Positions 22,101 through 28,721 are shown, counted from the stretch's first letter. The stretch is 64,000 nt of DNA from Candidatus Krumholzibacteriia bacterium (GCA_016744705.1 JADGDU010000013.1:69709-133708), one strand, 5' to 3'. Numbers and translations: made by a program. Notes: generated by a model from the letters alone, not told the origin.

Positions 22101-24421
22101 CCACCAGTGGTCTGGCCAGTGTGGAGCTCTTTGTCAATGATGGCGGCGGTTGGATCTCCGCGGGCGTCACAACAGATGTGGGCACACCAGAGCCCTTCAC
22201 CTTCACCGCACCAATTGAAGGCACATATAGTTTCTACACCCTGGCCACTGACGTGGTTGGTTTGATAGAGGCAGTCCCTGCCGAAGGCGATGCAACCACC
22301 ACAGTGGATGTGACCTTCCCAGCAGGGGCCCTGGCCATCAACGCCGGTGATGAAATGACCAATACGGTGGCTGTCGTCCTGACCAGCACCGTCACCGATG
22401 ACCTGGGTGTGACCTCCATGCGGTTCACCAATGTGGATGGCGACTGGCCCGAGTGGGTGCCATACGCGCTTAGTTTTGATTGGACTCTGACTGGTGGCGA
22501 TGGACTGAAAACAGTCTTCGCACAGTACCAGGATCCGGCCGGAAATGTTCTGGCCGTCCACGATCAAATCACCCTTGATACCACGCCTCCGGGCCTGCCT
22601 GCCTTCATTGCCGAGCCGGCGTTCACTGCTGGTCTCAGCAATACTTTGGAATGGGGCGATTCTGGTGCCACCAGTTACTTCCTGCAATCTGCGCTGGAAG
22701 AAGGCTTCGATACCATCGTCACCAACTCCGGTTGGGTCAGTAACCTGAATCATACATTCATTGAGTTGGATGATGGTCAAATCTATTACTACCGGATCAG
22801 AGGGCGCGATGCCCAGGAGAATGAGACAGCGTGGGCTTCTCCCACTTTCTCCACCCAGGATGCCACGGCTCCTGTGTCTCAGGTTGGCGTTTTGCCAGCG
22901 TTGCAAGGAGCCACCGAAATCACCGTGCCCTGGACTGGTGAAGACTCCGTCAGTGGTTTGTTACAAGTAGAACTGATGGTTGATGATGGAACCGGTTGGG
23001 TGTCTGCTGGAGTGACTACTGAAATCTCCACTCCCACCGATTTCGTCTTCACTGTCCCCGCCGGCGGTACTTACCAATTCTACACCATCGCCACAGATGT
23101 TGTGGGTAATGTTGAATTGGCACCATCCGAAGCGGACGCCACCACCGTGGTTGATTTCAGTGCCCCGGCTATGGCCACCAGCTTGGACGCGAGTCCGGGA
23201 GATCATGCCATCACCGTGAACTGGACTAACCCCGAGGATGAGGACTTGGCTCTCGTCGAGATTTGGTCCGCCATTTGGGCCACTGATGAAGGCCTTTCCG
23301 CTTATCCAGAATACGATGACATAGCTGCCGAACCGTTGCGCCCCAGCTCTCGGGCTGCTGCTCTGGCATCGGCTGAATGGCACCTTGTTGGGTCGGTGGA
23401 TCCCACTGCGACCATGTTCCTCCACAACGAAGGATTGGAAGAACGTGGTGTCTATTATTATGAAGTGTTCGCCCAGGATATGGCAGGCAATTTTGGCGCT
23501 CCGGCTTCCCAGGGAACCCGTGCCATCAATTACCTACTGGGTGATCAGAATGATGACTATGAAATCAATGTCATGGATATCACCAGCCTCGGTGTGACTT
23601 ATGGGTCGTTTGAAGGGGATGCCGCTTACAACAATGAAGTTGATGTGGGACCCACCGACGATCACTCCAGGACCGGTATTCCTCAAACAGATAACCGCAT
23701 CGACTTTGAGGATTTGACCATCATGGCCATGAATTATGGACTGAATAAATCGGCCATGGAAGTTTCAGGTTCGGAAACGCCTTACCTGACCTGGTACCAG
23801 GTTGATGAATATTCATGGACGCTGGCCTTGGTTGAGCCCTGTGCAACCTTGAAGGCATTGCACCTGGTCCACAGTTTACCTGAAGGTGTCTCCGTTACGG
23901 TGGAAGCGGGTTCAGCCCTGACCGAAAGCCTGCCTTACTTCCTGGCCAACATCGATGGTCATGGATTGGATGCAGGCTTTGCTGTGCTGGGCCAGAATGC
24001 GGTTCTTCCGGTGGATGGTGAAATTTTGAGAGTCACCACTTCAGATCCGGTGGACTTCAGTGGTGTGAGCATTCAGACCCGTGATGCAGACAACCAAAAA
24101 TTGGGATTTGATTTGTCCTCCGAGCCGTTGCAGGTGCTGCCTACAGCCTATCGGTTGGCCAATAATTACCCCAACCCATTCAACCCACAAACCACTATCG
24201 CATTTGATCTGCCTCAACCGCAGAACGTGCGCCTGGTGATTTATGATCTCAAGGGACGCCTGGTGAAGGAACTGATCAGTGAATCCATGGCAGCGGGAGC
24301 CCATAGCATCATTTGGAACGGTACCAACCGATCCGATGCCCGGGTGGCTTCCGGTGTGTATTTCTATCAGATCCAGGCAGGCCCCATGAGTGATACCAAA
24401 CGTATGTTGCTGGTCAAATAA
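16148..24421 (+). CDS. giant (about 2757 aa) repetitive surface protein: cohesin-like N-terminal domain, 4 FN3-type modules, 16 Ig-like repeats, dockerin-like segment, T9SS C-terminal sorting domain
   Basis: Signal peptide MKNFTIPKSLLIALMVVFVAGAANA with a GGGAGG ribosome-binding site. The N-terminal domain VSLRFEPENSTVEMGGSQRVGVWLD...ELTVSYDTEFL...GPGELYFWDIEG resembles cohesin. It is repeated in the next two genes. The FN3 modules read (AEP.FT.G..NT..W.......Y.....YYYR.RA.D..GNE..WS). The 16 Ig-like repeats are ~88 aa each, with consensus ..P...F.IN.....TN...V.LTN......MQFSNDG...S.W..Y.....W.L...DG.HTVYGQFRD.AGN......I.LDT. Dockerin-like GDQNDDYEINVMDITSLGVTYGS...TDNRIDFEDLTIMAMNYG at about 23524-23742. 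CTD NNYPNPFNPQTTIAF...GVYFYQIQAGPMSDTKRMLLVK. Confidence 0.85.
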   Translation: MKNFTIPKSLLIALMVVFVAGAANAQVSLRFEPENSTVEMGGSQRVGVWLDEAMDVRTIELTVSYDTEFLASIGGGPGAAYDALPGSPQIFEGFDDSTPGQWTGYAVAIGASVYITGPGELYFWDIEGLVPGVANITTVSVALAGADGLAIADVTLDATTLEVLAPFDSPAFIPEPEFTPGTTNTVSWNDAGATEYQVQMADSPAFTSIVADTDWISATSYDFAGLTNGQTYYYRIRARSDAPVYEGEWMAGTVFSTQDDGPPSSQAEPLDIYQTNFTFPVPWTGSDAVSGLSKVELWVDGGSGYSLYETNTDPDSGTPFSYTAPIEGSYSFYTIAYDDVDNAEAAPEVADALTTVDVTAPSGDLLINVGATLTNDQAVTLTNSIIDATLMRFTNIENDFSAMESQWQTFGASLAWNLTAGDGEKTVYAEYIDVAGNIYRISADILLDMTPPADSFVINNGNLMTNSQAVMLTNAGSDAVEMRFTNTDGVWPGWATYAATMDWEIPAGEAEHTVFAQYRDEAGNVSDESAAITLDTIAPVASFFINGDDPLTNATSVVLNNTSTEAAMMQFSNDGATWSGWLTFTEAHDWVLADVEGAHTVFGEFRDEAGNITAITDEITLDSIDPVAGFVINDDAAATNLTAVTLTSTTVDAVSMQFSNDGITYSGWVPFAETYSWELVMADGDHTVYGQFQDLAGNVLDTEDEISLDTTAPLGVIVINNGASLTNDPDITLTNAITGATTMQFSNDGLTWSAVLPFSGTHAWSLPDVDGSHTVLGKFFDAAGNEYNAEDSITLDSSPPDGSFVINNDEAITNSQDVGLTNSVFGAVEMRFTNTEDYWDGVGSEWQSYAVAIAWTLEAGEGSHTVYGQYRDTAGNIIDAEDAIVLDTVGPPATFVVNNDDVYTNSTLVLLTNTSTEAEQMRFSNDGVTYSGWTAYLESYDWTLTDTEGERTVYGQFMDIAGNITQDDDTITLDTVEPVASFVINNDEAVTGDLAIVLTNTATDAAAMQFSNDGTTYSGWVDYSDTLPWILEAGEGDHTVYGQFRDLAGNVTDADDIITLDQAAPAGSFVINDNDAFTNDLNVVLTNSITGATEMQFSNDGISFANWVAYTATSDWVLTTVDGDKTVYGNFRDAVGNVFQSTDLITLDTAPPAALFVINGDDVTTGNPSVSLTNTSTEAVQMQFSNDGVTFSNWVGYDTYFAWDIPNVDGEHTVYGIFRDAAGNTTEASDMITLDTTAPDADFVINDDAVFTNSENVVLTNTVVGATEMQFRNETGAWTNWMPFSPTHNWILSAGDGEKTVGGIFRDSSGNTTEATDEIILDTTEPDGSFVVNNDEQFTNSVDVVLTNSMTGATEMQFRNADGQWSDWVGYSATFAWVLDDVEGLQTVNGQYRDNAGNSTFVSDQITLDRVVPTAAFVINDDDVFTGDPNVVLTNTSADAVQMQFSNDGITFFDLVPYAQTHDWVLGGGDGQHTVYGQFFDQAGNMTATTDEIVLDTTAPDVPVLAAEPLFTQGEANTLVWNDLGAEAYYVEMATDGSFGTVLANSDWISATEFAFSGLDHGQTYFYRVKARDDLGNETEWSGVESSTQDALAPVSSAGPLDTYQTNATFEIPWSGSDETSGLASVELFVDGGSGFVSAGITTEMATPVPFSYTASGEGIYSFYTVATDIAGLEEDAPGAGDAVTTVDFTAPVGTIAINDGADLTNDPNVELTLAVTDAVQMRFRNAGDSWSELEAYANTRAWILPSVDGLATVEAEFLDAAGNLLEANDGIEFDMTPPEGTLAINGDAPVTNDPVVVLDNGITGATQMRFSNDGSSWPSWLDYADTHVWTLTPGDGLKTVYGQYRDLAGNVLALNDQITVDTTAPEMPVMVAEPAFTQGESNIVAWSNIGADSYYAEMADDELFTNVLTQSDWIPGTEFTFAGLSDGQRYYFRVKARDALFNETGWSGAVYSTQDAGAPVSAAGPLDAYQTNLTVSVPWTGSDATSGLASVELFVNDGGGWISAGVTTDVGTPEPFTFTAPIEGTYSFYTLATDVVGLIEAVPAEGDATTTVDVTFPAGALAINAGDEMTNTVAVVLTSTVTDDLGVTSMRFTNVDGDWPEWVPYALSFDWTLTGGDGLKTVFAQYQDPAGNVLAVHDQITLDTTPPGLPAFIAEPAFTAGLSNTLEWGDSGATSYFLQSALEEGFDTIVTNSGWVSNLNHTFIELDDGQIYYYRIRGRDAQENETAWASPTFSTQDATAPVSQVGVLPALQGATEITVPWTGEDSVSGLLQVELMVDDGTGWVSAGVTTEISTPTDFVFTVPAGGTYQFYTIATDVVGNVELAPSEADATTVVDFSAPAMATSLDASPGDHAITVNWTNPEDEDLALVEIWSAIWATDEGLSAYPEYDDIAAEPLRPSSRAAALASAEWHLVGSVDPTATMFLHNEGLEERGVYYYEVFAQDMAGNFGAPASQGTRAINYLLGDQNDDYEINVMDITSLGVTYGSFEGDAAYNNEVDVGPTDDHSRTGIPQTDNRIDFEDLTIMAMNYGLNKSAMEVSGSETPYLTWYQVDEYSWTLALVEPCATLKALHLVHSLPEGVSVTVEAGSALTESLPYFLANIDGHGLDAGFAVLGQNAVLPVDGEILRVTTSDPVDFSGVSIQTRDADNQKLGFDLSSEPLQVLPTAYRLANNYPNPFNPQTTIAFDLPQPQNVRLVIYDLKGRLVKELISESMAAGAHSIIWNGTNRSDARVASGVYFYQIQAGPMSDTKRMLLVK
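17219..20650 (+). repeat. tandem array of 13 diverged ~264-bp (88-aa) Ig-like coding repeats inside the giant gene; three further copies at about 21215-21745 and 22315-22585
   Basis: Periodic recurrence of the F(V/I)IN(D/N)... and LD(T/S)..P motifs at the protein level, with matching ~264-nt periodicity at the DNA level. The copies are diverged (not identical), so this is an old array rather than an assembly artefact. Confidence 0.8.
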
Positions 24422-24447
24422 TGATGGGCAACCTGGAGGTCATTAAG

Positions 24448-25242
24448 ATGAGAACTGGAAAGAAACAAACGCTGATTGCAGTAGCCATTCTGTGGGGACT
24501 GCTTCAGGTTTCGGTGGCCAGTGCGGTGACCTTGCGGTTTTCGCCCCTGGATCAGAATATGGAGTTGGGAGAGCAAGGGACTGTGTCCATCATGTTGGAC
24601 GAGGTCCTGGAAGTACGAACCATCGAAGTCACCGTGACTTTTGACGGTAATATTATTTCAAGTCTGGAGGGCGGCGGTGGCGCTGCCTTCCAGGATCTTC
24701 CCTGCTATGTGTGGGAAGATTTTTCCGCCGATGAAAACCAGTGGACCGGCTTTGCTGTTTCCATGGGGTTTGATTGTTTTGTCGTCGGTCCAGGAGAGCT
24801 CTTCACCTGGAACTTTGAAGCCGTCGGATATGGGCCCAGCGACATTACGGCCATTTCTGTTGTCCTGTTGGATGCTGCAGGTGTGGAATATCCGGATGTT
24901 GAACTGGCAAATGGAACTGTATTGGTTGAGGGAGGAGAATCGGCGGTGGGCGATGGTTTGCCGTTTGCACAGCCTCGCATTACTGCTATGCCGAATCCCT
25001 TCAACCCGATGACCAATATCAAATTCTGGCTTCCGGAGGCCACTGACGCCCGGCTTTCCATCTACGACATGAGTGGCCGATGCGTCAGAAAACTCCTGGA
25101 TGGTCCAGTATCGTCAGAGTGGACTTCTGTGCGTTGGAATGGCCGTGGCGACCAGGGACGGGCTGCTCCCAGTGGAATTTACCTGTACCAGTTGGTGACG
25201 AAAAAGAAAACATTGTCTGGTCGTTTGACCTTGGCCAGATAA
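24448..25242 (+). CDS. small secreted protein: single cohesin-like domain plus T9SS C-terminal sorting domain
   Basis: Signal peptide MRTGKKQTLIAVAILWGLLQVSVASA with a GGAGG ribosome-binding site. The domain VTLRFSPLDQNMELGEQGTVSIML...EVTVTFDGNII...GPGELFTWNFE is collinear with the N-terminal domain of the giant protein. CTD MPNPFNPMTNIKFWLPEATDARLSIYDMSGRCVRKL...GIYLYQLVTKKKTLSGRLTLAR. Confidence 0.75.
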   Translation: MRTGKKQTLIAVAILWGLLQVSVASAVTLRFSPLDQNMELGEQGTVSIMLDEVLEVRTIEVTVTFDGNIISSLEGGGGAAFQDLPCYVWEDFSADENQWTGFAVSMGFDCFVVGPGELFTWNFEAVGYGPSDITAISVVLLDAAGVEYPDVELANGTVLVEGGESAVGDGLPFAQPRITAMPNPFNPMTNIKFWLPEATDARLSIYDMSGRCVRKLLDGPVSSEWTSVRWNGRGDQGRAAPSGIYLYQLVTKKKTLSGRLTLAR

Positions 25243-25306
25243 AAATGATACAATGGAGGTTGGCAGCACGGTAGTCGTTGCAAACCATAATGAGGGGATA
25301 ATTATT

Positions 25307-26266
25307 ATGATTCATTTCAATTCAGCGGCAAAAACTTTGAGTCTGGTGATCATGGGCACCGTCTTTTTGGCCGGGACGGCTTTGGGGGCCACTCTGGGCT
25401 TCACTCCCGACAACCCTGTTTTTGCAGGGGAGGATCTGCAAACCATCCAAGTGTTGGTTGAAGATGTGGAGGATTTACTGGGAGCGTCCCTGACCATTGA
25501 ATTTGATCCGGCCGTGGTTTCTCCGGTGGGAGTGAGTTTGGGCGGACTCATGGCTGATGGATCCTGTGGAGCTTTTTTCCAGTGGGTGAATGCCAGTGAT
25601 TTCACCAACACCATTGAATTGGATGCTGCCATGTTGGGTTGCACCGTCGGTGGCAGCGGTGTTCTTTTCGATATTACTTTTGAAGGGGTTGCAACGGGCA
25701 CCTCGGAATTGGTTGTTTTGGAAGAAGATCTGCGCGACAGCATCAATGATCCCATTGAATTCACATCCTCCAACGGCTCGCTGAGTTATGTTGCCGAGGT
25801 TACGGGGGATATCCGTTTCGAACCAGACAATGTTCTGTTTGAAGAAGACAGCACTTGTGAAATTTGTATAGACCTAGAAGGCGTCACAGATTTCATGGGG
25901 TTGTCAGTGGAATTTCAGTTTGATCCCAGCGTGATTTGGCCTCTGGCCGTTTTTTCCGGGGACACCCTGGACGATACCGGATGCCCTTATTTTCTGGACT
26001 GGATTAATACAGGCAGTGTAGTGGATACGGTGGAAATTGATCTGGCTCTTCTCGGGTGCAGCGCCGATGTGGACGGCCCCATGATTTGCCTGACCTTCCA
26101 GGGTGTGGCGTTCGGGGAAAGCCCCTTGACCTGGTTGGATGTTTTGGTGCGTGACAGTGAAAACAACAGCATTCTCGTCAATTGGCACGATGGAATGGTT
26201 TCTTATAACTCAGCTGTTGATGTGGTTCCCGTCAATTTTGGTGAATTGAAGTCAATTTACAGATAG
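25307..26266 (+). CDS. secreted protein with two tandem cohesin-like domains, no T9SS CTD
   Basis: Signal peptide MIHFNSAAKTLSLVIMGTVFLAGTALGA with a GAGGGG ribosome-binding site. There are two collinear ~140-aa domains (ATLGFTPDN...LTIEFDPAVVSP...GSGVLFDITFEG and GDIRFEPDN...LSVEFQFDPSVIWP...GPMICLTFQG). Both share the V.L.F.P ... E..YD...L ... G.G.L pattern with the upstream genes. Confidence 0.7.
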   Translation: MIHFNSAAKTLSLVIMGTVFLAGTALGATLGFTPDNPVFAGEDLQTIQVLVEDVEDLLGASLTIEFDPAVVSPVGVSLGGLMADGSCGAFFQWVNASDFTNTIELDAAMLGCTVGGSGVLFDITFEGVATGTSELVVLEEDLRDSINDPIEFTSSNGSLSYVAEVTGDIRFEPDNVLFEEDSTCEICIDLEGVTDFMGLSVEFQFDPSVIWPLAVFSGDTLDDTGCPYFLDWINTGSVVDTVEIDLALLGCSADVDGPMICLTFQGVAFGESPLTWLDVLVRDSENNSILVNWHDGMVSYNSAVDVVPVNFGELKSIYR

Positions 26267-26284
26267 GATACCAACATAAAAAAC

Positions 26285-26306
26285 GGGGCGCCTTTGCGGG
26301 CGCCCC
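26285..26306. terminator. bidirectional intrinsic terminator between convergent genes (ggggcgcc-tttgcg-ggcgcccc, with an A-run on the + strand meaning a T-run for the minus-strand gene)
   Basis: Perfect 8-bp GC stem. It is preceded by aaaaaac on the + strand, which is the U-tract for the PDZ gene transcribed leftwards. Confidence 0.55.
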
Positions 26307-26321
26307 GAGTATTCCTGAAGG

Positions 26322-27344
26322 CTATTTTTTCAATTCTTCCTTCATCTTTTTTAATTCTTTTTTCATGTTCTCAAGTTCCTGGCGCATCTCCTTCAAGTCT
26401 TCATCGTCATCATAAATGATCCGCATTTCATTCAGTCTTTCATTGTGCATCTTGGGGCTTTGGATGAAAAAATCATTGTCGCCGCCAATCATGCCCATAT
26501 GCTTGACCATTTGGCTTTCTGGAACTTCACCCAAAGTGATCTCCAGGCTTTTCTTCTTGCCTTTGCGGATCAGCTCAATGTCGAGTTTCTGACCCGGCTG
26601 GGTACCAGCGAGGGCCTCGTACACCTCTGCGGCCTCATCCACTTCATCGTCTCCAATGTTGATGATGACATCGCCTGCCTTCAATCCAGCCTGTTCCGCT
26701 GCACTGTTTTCCGTGACAGAAGTGATCAGGGCGCCTTCTCCGTCCTCCACATCCAGGAAATCACCCATTTGTTCACTGATGTCATCAACCTCAATACCCA
26801 TGAAGCCTCGTTCTTCATGCATGCCATCAAGGTCTTTGATCATGATTTCAAATTGCTTGTTATCACCGTGCTCGTTTCCTCGCCAGACGAAAACATTTTC
26901 GCCTCCATGGGAAGAATGAACACGGTCTTCATCACTGAAAAAGGACATGTGGGTTTCTTGGCGCTCACCCAGCTTGACTTTGAGTTTCTTTTTATTGCCA
27001 TCGCGTAATACGATAACTTCCACTTTTTCACCGGGAGCAGACTTGCTCACGGCTTTAGTGAGGGCTTTATGGTTAGCCAGGTCTTTGCCGTTGAATGAAA
27101 TGATGACGTCGCCGTCTTGCAGGCCGGCCTCGTGAGCGGGGCTGCCGTCGACAACTTCATTGACCAGAACGCCGTTTTCATCGTCCATATCCATGGCTTT
27201 GGCCATGCTGGTATTGATATCTTGCAGCATCACACCGAGATATGCGCCCTTTTCGCCGGCCTGAGCCAATCCGGCGGCCAGCATCATAAGGATGGCCATC
27301 AGGGTGGTTAGCGGCAGTGTTTTGGCTGTCTTGAGGGTAGACAT
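26322..27344 (-). CDS. periplasmic protein with two PDZ domains and a C-terminal K/E-rich coiled coil (no protease domain)
   Basis: Signal peptide MSTLKTAKTLPLTTLMAILMMLAAGLAQA. Two PDZ-like segments (GAYLGVML...VLVNEVVDGSPAHEAGLQDGDVIISFNG and ...ALITSVTENSAAEQAGLKAGDVIINIGD). Tail ...ELENMKKELKKMKEELKK. No trypsin-like catalytic triad was seen. Confidence 0.65.
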   Translation of the reverse strand: MSTLKTAKTLPLTTLMAILMMLAAGLAQAGEKGAYLGVMLQDINTSMAKAMDMDDENGVLVNEVVDGSPAHEAGLQDGDVIISFNGKDLANHKALTKAVSKSAPGEKVEVIVLRDGNKKKLKVKLGERQETHMSFFSDEDRVHSSHGGENVFVWRGNEHGDNKQFEIMIKDLDGMHEERGFMGIEVDDISEQMGDFLDVEDGEGALITSVTENSAAEQAGLKAGDVIINIGDDEVDEAAEVYEALAGTQPGQKLDIELIRKGKKKSLEITLGEVPESQMVKHMGMIGGDNDFFIQSPKMHNERLNEMRIIYDDDEDLKEMRQELENMKKELKKMKEELKK

Positions 27345-27584
27345 GCTTGTGTCCTTTCAGGGGTATTTCGGCCCACCTTTTGATGTGATAACGTGGGCTT
27401 TTCAATGCGCGGGGGATGCATTGCTTGCTTCCCTATACGATATTTTTTCATGACAGTTCCAGCTATTTTCTGTGCTCGCAAAGGAACGATAGGGGATAGT
27501 CAGAAATAATGAGGAACGATGAGGAGCGGAACGTCATGAAAGCGTTACAATTAGGGGAGGCACTTGATAAATAAGAATAATGAA

Positions 27585-27614
27585 TTGAAATAATATCAGA
27601 ACAAAGTGTATAAT
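27585..27614 (+). promoter_or_regulatory. sigma70-like promoter TTGAAA-N18-TATAAT upstream of the mini T9SS gene
   Basis: Seen directly: ttgaaa (27585-27590), 18-nt spacer, tataat (27609-27614), about 67 nt upstream of the ATG at 27681. Whether this lineage uses canonical -35/-10 elements is unknown. Confidence 0.35.
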
Positions 27615-27680
27615 ACCTATCCTATTTTAGGGAGAACAGCTTAGACCAGCATCCACATGCAAGATTGGAAATATTAAGCA

Positions 27681-28076
27681 ATGAGCCTTACCTCGCCCAA
27701 GGCCCCATTTCTTTCACATTTGGCTATGCCATTGCTCTTAGGAGCATGGGTGGTTGTGCTGGCTGTTGCTGGCGCCTGGGCCGGTGAAAGTGCCTCAAGG
27801 GAAGATTTCCGCAAGGAACTGAACTTGGTTTATAACCACCCCAACCCCTTTAACCCGAGCACCACCATCAATTACGTCTTGCTGCAGCCTGCGGAGGTGA
27901 CGGTGGATGTGTTTGACCTTCGGGGGCGGCATATGGCCCGTTTGGTCGATTCTTATCAAGAGGAAGGTGAAAATTTTGCCGTCTGGAAAACCCTAACCGC
28001 CCCCTCCGGAACATACATCTTTCGCCTTGAGGCCGACGAAGTGCAGGTCTTCCGCAAAATGATGCTAGTGCGCTAA
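27681..28076 (+). CDS. mini T9SS substrate: signal peptide plus T9SS C-terminal sorting domain with almost no passenger
   Basis: 131 aa. Hydrophobic N-terminus (MPLLLGAWVVVLAVAGAWAG), about 15 residues of linker, then [19 protein letters not shown]...GTYIFRLEADEVQVFRKMMLVR. Confidence 0.6.
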   Translation: MSLTSPKAPFLSHLAMPLLLGAWVVVLAVAGAWAGESASREDFRKELNLVYNHPNPFNPSTTINYVLLQPAEVTVDVFDLRGRHMARLVDSYQEEGENFAVWKTLTAPSGTYIFRLEADEVQVFRKMMLVR

Positions 28077-28193
28077 TTTATTAAGTTTCCCCAAAAAATA
28101 GTTTAAATTTTTTGAATTTCCTCCGATAGAACACTCAAGCACAGGAGCTGGTTTTCTCCTGATAGGGTTGGGCTAAGCGGAGGTTTGAAGGCC

Positions 28194-28601
28194 ATGGCAC
28201 TCATTGATTGGACCGATGATTTTGAAACGGGTATTAACAGCGTGGACGACCAGCATCGCAAGTTGGTTGAAATAGTAAATAAATTTGATGATGCCGCCAA
28301 AAAGGGTAAAGGGTCGCGCATCATGAATGAAATCCTCACGGATTTGATTGCTTACACTGGAGAACATTTCGTATCTGAAGAAAAGCTTCTGGCAGATGCT
28401 GGGTATCCAAAATTGAAGCAACACCACGCCCAGCATCAACAATTGCTGCGAAAAGTGGAGCGCCTACAATTTGAATTTGACCAACAAGGCAAACGCATCA
28501 CTGTCGAAGTTAGGGATTTCCTGAAGCATTGGTTGACCAACCATATTTTGAAGGAAGATAAGGCCTATGTCTCCACGGTGTTGCAAAGTAGCCCCAGCTG
28601 A
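28194..28601 (+). CDS. bacteriohemerythrin (stand-alone hemerythrin-like domain)
   Basis: About 135 aa with the His/Glu/Asp ligand pattern in register with hemerythrins: DDQHRKLV ... EHFVSEEKLL ... HHAQHQQLL ... HWLTNHILKEDKAY. Confidence 0.75.
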   Translation: MALIDWTDDFETGINSVDDQHRKLVEIVNKFDDAAKKGKGSRIMNEILTDLIAYTGEHFVSEEKLLADAGYPKLKQHHAQHQQLLRKVERLQFEFDQQGKRITVEVRDFLKHWLTNHILKEDKAYVSTVLQSSPS

Positions 28602-28653
28602 TAATTCTGCACCTTTAATACTCCTAAATGTGCTATGATAACGGCATGAATGA

Positions 28654-28684
28654 ATCAGGATTGCATTAGGCGTCCTGATTTTGG
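28654..28684 (+). terminator. stem-loop plus U-tract after the hemerythrin gene (atcagga-N12-tcctgat-tttt)
   Basis: 7-bp stem followed by TTTT. It lies inside the 5' extension of the annotated ORF 28650, which supports the downstream start at 28722. Confidence 0.35.
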
Positions 28685-28721
28685 TGCCATTTCATATCAT
28701 TTCATTTTTGGGGAGATAATA

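Noticed and set aside
17635-22906. Long minus-strand ORFs (e.g. 17771-18754 at 327 aa, 19400-20581 at 393 aa, 21989-22906 at 305 aa) inside the giant gene
   Set aside because: They are antisense to a continuous 8.3-kb ORF with clear domain structure. Their products are low-complexity (G/V/I/D-rich) mirror images of the repeat array. This is a typical spurious-ORF artefact.
28650-28721. Upstream extension of the LTD-protein ORF (MNQDCIRRPDFGAISYHFIFGEII...)
   Set aside because: It contains a terminator-like hairpin with U-tract (28654-28684). The downstream Met at 28722 is followed by a canonical signal peptide.
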